The notes beneath the pieces are model-generated. The model saw only the letters and a list, made by a program, of their open reading frames with translations, searched no databases and had not been told where the DNA came from. From positions 27,213 through 91,212 of the forward strand of contig CAJJDI010000004.1 of the NCBI GenBank assembly GCA_905182835.1: a DNA stretch of 64,000 nucleotides, written 5' to 3'. Shown here piece after piece: positions 58,240 to 64,000 of the stretch. This DNA comes from an uncultured Flavobacteriaceae bacterium. GTDB lineage: Bacteria; Bacteroidota; Bacteroidia; Flavobacteriales; Flavobacteriaceae. Within the stretch, counting starts at the first letter, position 1. Each line of letters begins with the position of its first letter. Made by a program: the position numbers and the translations under genes.

Positions 58240-58950
58240 ATCATCAAAGGTAAATTATATTTAATACCCAACACTCTAGGTGACAATGAACCTCTAGAAG
58301 TTTTACCTATTTCTATAAAAAAAATTATAGAGGCTACTGATTACTTTTTGTTTGAAAATGAAAAAGCAGGAAGAAAGTTTATAAAAAAAATCACTCCTAC
58401 AAAAGCTCAAAACTCTATAAAAGTAAATTTAATCAACAAGTTTACATTAAAAGAAGAGTTAAATTCTTTTTTGAAACCAATTTTTGATGGATACAACATC
58501 GGTTTAATTTCTGACGCTGGCTGTCCTGGCGTTGCTGACCCGGGGTCTGATATCATAAAGATTGCCCATCAATCAAACATAAAAGTAGTGCCATTAGTAG
58601 GGCCGTCATCTATTTTACTTGCCATCATGAGTTCTGGTTTAAATGGCCAAAATTTTGCTTTTAACGGCTATTTACCAATTGACAGAGATGATAAGAAAAC
58701 TAAAATTAAGGAATTAGAAAGATTATCATTGCAGAAAAATCAATCACAAATATTTATTGAAACTCCGTATAGGAACAATAAAATGTTTGAAGATCTACTA
58801 AAAAATTTGAGCGATAGCACTAACCTGTGTATTGCCTGTGATTTAACTTTAAAAAATGAGTTTATAAGAACATTATCTGTAAACGAATGGGGGAAAAACA
58901 AAATCAATATCGATAAAAAGCCTGCAATATTCATAATACACAAAAGCTAA
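58240..58950 (+). CDS. SAM-dependent methyltransferase, tetrapyrrole-methylase (RsmI-like) superfamily; start codon non-canonical or lost
   Basis: The track ORF 58348-58950 (TTG start) contains ISDAGCPGVADPG. The frame is open back to the dnaA stop and encodes KGKLYLIPNTLGDNEPLEVLPISIKKIIEATDYFLFENEK with no ATG/GTG/TTG. The start is provisionally ATC 58240. Confidence 0.7.
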   Translation: MIKGKLYLIPNTLGDNEPLEVLPISIKKIIEATDYFLFENEKAGRKFIKKITPTKAQNSIKVNLINKFTLKEELNSFLKPIFDGYNIGLISDAGCPGVADPGSDIIKIAHQSNIKVVPLVGPSSILLAIMSSGLNGQNFAFNGYLPIDRDDKKTKIKELERLSLQKNQSQIFIETPYRNNKMFEDLLKNLSDSTNLCIACDLTLKNEFIRTLSVNEWGKNKINIDKKPAIFIIHKS

Positions 58951-58954
58951 AACC

Positions 58955-59998
58955 TTACTTCTTAATTCCTTTAGAGTCTAGATAATTATGAAATTTTTTC
59001 GCATTTTTATTATGCTCATTTAAGTTTTTTGAAAAACTATGAAATCCAATTCTTTTTGGGTCAGCAGAAAAATAAAAAAAACTGTGCTTTTCAAAGTTTA
59101 AAACAGCATCTATAGAGCTAATATTAGGTAGTGCTATTAATCCAGGCGGCAATCCTTTATACTTATATGTGTTATACTTTGAATCAATCTTCAAATGCTT
59201 AAACAACACCCTTCTAATAACTGTGTTCTTGTATGCAGGAAGCTGATATGCTGCAAATTTTACTGTTGGGTCAGCTTGTAATAACCAATTGTTATTTAAC
59301 CTATTCATATATACACCTGCAATTGTTTTTAACTCACTTTTTTTCTGTGATTCTTGACTAACTATAGACGCTAATATCATTGCCTGACTTTTGTCTAAGC
59401 CAATTTTTTTTAGTCTATCTAATCTTTCTTCATTCCAAAACAAATTATATTCTTTTAGCATTCTAGATCTAAAAGAGTCCGCATTAGTATCCCAATAAAA
59501 GTTATAACTATTTGGAAGGAAAATTGATAGAAAATTATACTCATCAAAACCCTGAGACTTAAAAAAATCTAAATCTTTAAAAGATTTTATTAATGAAATG
59601 CTATCTGCTTCAATTTGAGTAGAAATTTTTTCGGCAAGATCATATTCGTTTTTAATATTATTAAATATAACATTTACAGTAAGTTTACTTGACCTAAGAG
59701 AATTTATAATTTGATTATTATTCATCCCTTTTTGTATAGCAAATTTTCCGGGTTTTAAATTAACATTATATCCTTTTCTAATCGCTAATCTTTCAAATGA
59801 ATTAATGTTTTTTAAAACAGGTAACAAATCATTTTTTAATTCTTCAAAATCTTGATTTGAGTATATATACACATAAGCCGAGTCATTATTAAAATTAGTA
59901 TTTGATACAAACATAGTAACATATACAAAGTAAGCGAAAATCGACATTGCAATAAGACCTAGTAATGAAATGACTAATAATATTTTTTTTATATACAT
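58955..59998 (-). CDS. mltG: Endolytic murein transglycosylase MltG (YceG-like)
   Basis: N-terminal TM, ILASIVSQES, DPTVKFA, YNTYKYKGLPPGLIALP. Confidence 0.9.
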   Translation of the reverse strand: MYIKKILLVISLLGLIAMSIFAYFVYVTMFVSNTNFNNDSAYVYIYSNQDFEELKNDLLPVLKNINSFERLAIRKGYNVNLKPGKFAIQKGMNNNQIINSLRSSKLTVNVIFNNIKNEYDLAEKISTQIEADSISLIKSFKDLDFFKSQGFDEYNFLSIFLPNSYNFYWDTNADSFRSRMLKEYNLFWNEERLDRLKKIGLDKSQAMILASIVSQESQKKSELKTIAGVYMNRLNNNWLLQADPTVKFAAYQLPAYKNTVIRRVLFKHLKIDSKYNTYKYKGLPPGLIALPNISSIDAVLNFEKHSFFYFSADPKRIGFHSFSKNLNEHNKNAKKFHNYLDSKGIKK

Positions 59999-60510
59999 CT
60001 TAACTGTAGTAAAACTTCGTTTTTAAATTTTCCATCAAAAATAATCCAATCTTTTTTCATTCCAACTTCAGTAAAATTTACACTTTTAAAGAGCTTAATA
60101 CTTCGGGTATTATCTTCTAAAATGTTACAATATAATTGGTGTAAAGAAAGGTGAGTTTTTGAATACTTAACAAGCAGCTCGACTGCTTCTTTAGCATAAC
60201 CTCTACTTTGTTTGTTTTCATTAATAATTATTGCTACTCCAGCTCTTTTATTTTTAAAATCTATATCAAATAAATCAATTAAACCAATAGTGCTATTTTC
60301 ATAATTTGAAATGACCAACCTGAGTTGCTTAACTTTATAAATATCCATATTGGAGTTTTCTAAGTAATTAGTCAATAAGTACCTAGAGAATGGTACTTGA
60401 GCATCGCTTATACTCCAATATTTTTCGTTATTTTCTAGAGAAAACAAATAATCAATGTCATCTGATTCTAAAGCTCTTAAAAAAATATTTTTTCCTTTTA
60501 AAGTATTCAT
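59989..60510 (-). CDS. GNAT family N-acetyltransferase (RimJ/RimL-like)
   Basis: 173 aa with QSRGYAKEAVELL and a typical GNAT fold pattern. Confidence 0.82.
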   Translation of the reverse strand: MNTLKGKNIFLRALESDDIDYLFSLENNEKYWSISDAQVPFSRYLLTNYLENSNMDIYKVKQLRLVISNYENSTIGLIDLFDIDFKNKRAGVAIIINENKQSRGYAKEAVELLVKYSKTHLSLHQLYCNILEDNTRSIKLFKSVNFTEVGMKKDWIIFDGKFKNEVLLQLRCI

Positions 60511-61280
60511 ATTTTTCCTTTAAAAACTTCGACAGCTGGACCTTCCAACCATATATTTTCAAATGTGGAATTATTAAAATTAAAAGAAACGTATAAATCT
60601 CCTCCAAGAGTTATAATCTTAATTTTATTTCCTTCTACAGAACCTCTTTTAGAAGCAGATAGTACAGCGGCTACAACTCCAGTTCCACAGGACAAAGTCT
60701 CATTTTCAACACCTCTCTCGTAGGTTCTAACTTTAATACAAGAATTGTTTATAACTTGAACAAAATTAACATTAATCCCATTACTGCTAATTTTCTTTTC
60801 ATTTCTAATCTGTCTACCTTCTATAATCACGTCTAATTCGTTAATTGAATCATGAAATTCAACATAATGAGGAGAGCCCGTATCTAACACATAACCGTTT
60901 TGAATTTGCTCAATTAACTTAACATTATTCATTTGAAGACTAACAATACCATGATCTACAAAACCCTCATGTGTTCCATCAATAGCCATAAACTTAGCCT
61001 TATCTTTAATTATACTTAATTTGTTAGCAAAAGAAACTATACACCTTCCTCCATTACCACACATACTTGTTTCTTTACCGTCTGAATTAAAGTAAATCAT
61101 TTTAAAATCTAACTTCTGATGATTTTCCAGAAGTATTAAACCATCTGCACCTACTCCAATATTCCTATTACATATTTTAGAAATAAAATTGACGTTGCTT
61201 TTATCAAAAAAAAGCGATCTATTATCAATTAAAATAAAATCGTTTCCAGTTCCGTGATATTTATAAAATTTAACTTTCAT
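60507..61280 (-). CDS. dapF: Diaminopimelate epimerase
   Basis: ATG at 61280 gives MKVKFYKYHGTGNDFILID. Catalytic cysteines in NSDGKETSMCGNG and ETLSCGTG. The track start at 61304 is TTG. Confidence 0.94.
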   Translation of the reverse strand: MKVKFYKYHGTGNDFILIDNRSLFFDKSNVNFISKICNRNIGVGADGLILLENHQKLDFKMIYFNSDGKETSMCGNGGRCIVSFANKLSIIKDKAKFMAIDGTHEGFVDHGIVSLQMNNVKLIEQIQNGYVLDTGSPHYVEFHDSINELDVIIEGRQIRNEKKISSNGINVNFVQVINNSCIKVRTYERGVENETLSCGTGVVAAVLSASKRGSVEGNKIKIITLGGDLYVSFNFNNSTFENIWLEGPAVEVFKGKI

Positions 61281-61394
61281 CAATAACAAATATATACAAT
61301 ACAAGGTAAATTATAATTGTTAAATGAACGTTAAAAGGTTTAATTCTATTTGTAATTTATTATAATTTTAAAATGTTATTTAAATTAATTAGTT

Positions 61395-62807
61395 ATGAAA
61401 AAATATTTATTATTATTACTGTCAGCTGTAATTGGAGGGTTTATTGCTGTTTATACATATGAGAAGTTAAATTCAATTCATAGTAACAAAGAAAACAGAA
61501 GAAACCTTACTATAACAGAGCAAATACCTGCAAATAATGTAATTAGTTCTACAACTCTTTTGCAAGACAGACCTGAATTCGTAGAAATAGCAGAAAAAAC
61601 AATTAACTCAGTAGTACATGTAAAAAACTCTCTTTCAAGTTCTGATAGAATTAGCTTAGAGGACCTAATGTTTGGTAGAAAACAAGATAAAATACAAATT
61701 GGCACAGGGTCTGGAGTTATTATTTCTGCAGATGGTTATATAATAACTAACGCCCATGTAATAGATGAGGCTGAAAAGATTTTAATTACCACAAATGATA
61801 ATAAAGAATTTGAGGCCAAATTAATTGGAAGTGATGAACAAAATGATATTGCATTGTTAAAGATAGAAACTGAAAATGATTTACCATATGCTGTATTTGG
61901 AGATAGTGATTCAACTAAAATTGGCGAATGGGTACTAGCAATTGGAAATCCTTTTAATTTGACCTCAACTGTTACCGCTGGAATAATTAGTGCGAAAGCT
62001 AGAAACTTAGATATAACTGGTAGAACAACCCAATCTTTTATCCAAACTGATGCTGCTGTAAATCCTGGAAATTCAGGGGGTGCATTAGTAAATACAATGG
62101 GTCAACTAATAGGCATAAATACAGCAATTCAATCGCAAACAGGATCTTATATTGGTTATTCATTTGCCGTTCCTAGTAATATTGCAAAAAAAGTTATAGA
62201 AGATTTAATGGAGTTTGGAATCGTTCGAAATGGATTCTTGGGTGTGACAGGGACTGCTTTAAATAACACTATCGCAAAAGAATTCTCAACAAATGAAACT
62301 GAAGGTTTTTATATAAATTCAGTTGAGAAGTATTCTGGAGCTGATTTAGCGGGAATAAGAAAAGGCGATATTATAAAGTATATTGATGAAATAAAAATTT
62401 CAAAATTTTCTGATCTAAAAGGTTACTTGAGTTCAAAAAGACCAAATGACTTAGTGGTAGTTGATTTAATAAATACCAATCAACGAAAAAAAGTTAATGT
62501 AAAATTAAACAAAAATGAAAGAATTTCTTTTAACGTAATTGGTATTCTAAAGAATTTATCAGATGAAGAATTGGAGAAATACAACAAATCAAGTGGTGTA
62601 AAAATATCTGATTTTAATAGAAGGTATGAAAAATACTGGACAGATAATGGAATCGAAATTGGAAATATAATAAATAATATTAATGGAGTTAAAATAAACT
62701 CAATTACTGATATTCAAGACATCTTAAAAGAAATTAATAATTATAACCCTCTAAGGATAGAAATAATTAATAGTAAAAACCAAATAGAACGATTTAATTT
62801 TAGATAA
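61395..62807 (+). CDS. Trypsin-like serine protease of the HtrA/DegQ family with PDZ domains
   Basis: N-terminal anchor. Catalytic triad contexts TNAHV, DIALLK and GNSGGAL. PDZ-like sequence GFLGV...GIRKGDII. Confidence 0.9.
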   Translation: MKKYLLLLLSAVIGGFIAVYTYEKLNSIHSNKENRRNLTITEQIPANNVISSTTLLQDRPEFVEIAEKTINSVVHVKNSLSSSDRISLEDLMFGRKQDKIQIGTGSGVIISADGYIITNAHVIDEAEKILITTNDNKEFEAKLIGSDEQNDIALLKIETENDLPYAVFGDSDSTKIGEWVLAIGNPFNLTSTVTAGIISAKARNLDITGRTTQSFIQTDAAVNPGNSGGALVNTMGQLIGINTAIQSQTGSYIGYSFAVPSNIAKKVIEDLMEFGIVRNGFLGVTGTALNNTIAKEFSTNETEGFYINSVEKYSGADLAGIRKGDIIKYIDEIKISKFSDLKGYLSSKRPNDLVVVDLINTNQRKKVNVKLNKNERISFNVIGILKNLSDEELEKYNKSSGVKISDFNRRYEKYWTDNGIEIGNIINNINGVKINSITDIQDILKEINNYNPLRIEIINSKNQIERFNFR

Positions 62808-62841
62808 AAACTATTTAAATTTTTAATGATATCTTCGAGCA

Positions 62842-63516
62842 ATGAGAATTGATATAATAACCGCTTTACCCGACTTACTTAAAAGTCCTTTTGAAATATC
62901 TATACTAAAAAAAAGTATAGATTTAAAGATTGTTGATTTGCATATACACAACCTTAGAGATTACTCAAATGATAACTATAAAACTATCGATGACAACCAA
63001 TTTGGAGGTGGTGCAGGAATGGTTATGATGGTAGAACCAATAGATAAATGTATATCTAAATTAAAAAACGAGCGCCATTATGATGAAATCATATATTTAT
63101 CTCCGGATGGTGAAAAGCTAAATCAAAAATTATCGAATAAACTATCCTTACTTAAAAATATTATCATTCTTTGTGGCCATTACAAAGGTGTAGATCAGCG
63201 AGTAAGAGATCATCTAATTACAAAAGAAATTTCAATAGGTGATTATGTTTTAACTGGGGGTGAGTTAGCTGCTGCTGTACTTTGTGATTCCATAATTAGA
63301 CTAATTCCTGGTGTTTTAGGTAATGAAACGTCTGCTCTAACAGATTCCTTTCAAGATGACTTATTAGCACCTCCCATTTACACAAGGCCTAGAGAATATA
63401 AAGGGTGGGAAGTTCCTAGCTTATTACTCACAGGGAATTTTCCAAAAATCGAAAAATGGAGAGAAGATAAAGCCTTAGAAGCAACATTAAAAAAAAGACC
63501 AGATCTTATTGATTAA
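62842..63516 (+). CDS. trmD: tRNA (guanine37-N1)-methyltransferase
   Basis: [37 protein letters not shown]. Confidence 0.96.
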   Translation: MRIDIITALPDLLKSPFEISILKKSIDLKIVDLHIHNLRDYSNDNYKTIDDNQFGGGAGMVMMVEPIDKCISKLKNERHYDEIIYLSPDGEKLNQKLSNKLSLLKNIIILCGHYKGVDQRVRDHLITKEISIGDYVLTGGELAAAVLCDSIIRLIPGVLGNETSALTDSFQDDLLAPPIYTRPREYKGWEVPSLLLTGNFPKIEKWREDKALEATLKKRPDLID

Positions 63517-63564
63517 ATAAATAGATAAATAACACTTAAATATTGCATGTTATTAAAATATGTT

Positions 63565-63572
63565 TATTTTTG
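63565..63572 (+). promoter_or_regulatory. Candidate -7 promoter box (TATTTTTG) for rplS
   Basis: Matches TAnnTTTG about 70 nt upstream of the rplS ATG, with a TTG about 20 nt further upstream. This is a motif match only. Confidence 0.3.
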
Positions 63573-63642
63573 CACCGAATTCTAGCTAACCTCTCAACGA
63601 AAATCGTTCACGTTATCTGAGAATAATTTAAATATATATAAA

Positions 63643-63996
63643 ATGAGTTCATTAGTAAAATTTGTACAAAACGAGTTTGTTCCAAAAAACACTTTTCCAG
63701 AATTTGGAGCTGGTGATACAATTACAGTTTATTACGAAATTAAAGAAGGTAGTAAAACTAGAACACAATTCTTTAGAGGTGTTGTACTTCAAAAAAGAGG
63801 TAGTGGTAGTTCTGAAACATTTACAATTAGAAAAATGTCTGGATCCATTGGTGTTGAAAGAATATTTCCAATAAACCTACCAGCACTTCAAAAAATTGAA
63901 GTCAACAAAGCAGGTAAGGTAAGAAGAGCAAGAATTTTCTACTTTAGAAATCTAACAGGTAAAAAAGCAAGAATTAAAGAAGTAAGAAGAAAATAA
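63643..63996 (+). CDS. rplS: 50S ribosomal protein L19
   Basis: 117 aa with FGAGDTITVYYEIKEGSKTRTQFFRGVV and GVERIFP. Confidence 0.97.
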   Translation: MSSLVKFVQNEFVPKNTFPEFGAGDTITVYYEIKEGSKTRTQFFRGVVLQKRGSGSSETFTIRKMSGSIGVERIFPINLPALQKIEVNKAGKVRRARIFYFRNLTGKKARIKEVRRK

Positions 63997-64000
63997 TTAC

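Overview
This is a visibly AT-rich (about 30% G+C by eye), very gene-dense chromosomal segment. Gene content and synteny point to a streamlined, marine-type member of Flavobacteriia (Bacteroidota): bamD-rpoZ-coaBC-DUF4835-recN, a small SRP RNA, no Shine-Dalgarno sequences, TAnnTTTG -7 boxes and many lipoproteins. I count about 60 protein genes, almost all housekeeping. They include dnaA, ligA, recN, glyA, smpB, trmD-rplS, fabI, coaE/coaBC, dapA/dapF, ribD, a complete trpEGDCFBA operon, metY-metX, thrA, gltBD and a porin-amtB pair. Many operon junctions are 4-nt ATGA overlaps, and several convergent genes share or overlap their stop codons. Four RNA or cis elements are supported by the sequence. 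(1) An SRP RNA at 3759-3860 (-). (2) A SAM-I riboswitch ahead of metY-metX at 35736-35830 (-). (3) A leader-peptide attenuator with tandem Trp codons ahead of trpE at 42339-42453 (-). (4) A strong intrinsic terminator after amtB. I saw no rRNA, tRNA, CRISPR, transposase, integrase, phage or defence genes. I do not find a convincing novel multi-gene system, and the window reads as core genome. The best leads are modest. (a) Two conserved genes, a DnaQ/GIY-YIG nuclease near 10718 and an RsmI-like methyltransferase near 58240, have conserved N-termini upstream of any ATG/GTG/TTG. Both sit right after TAA + A-run + ATCAT, which suggests AUC/AUA initiation. (b) A Kv-type K+ channel carries a C-terminal zinc ribbon. 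(c) The porin-amtB pair lacks glnK and sits opposite gltBD across a 428-nt AT-rich spacer. (d) A 74-nt long-stem inverted repeat lies between trpA and the met riboswitch.
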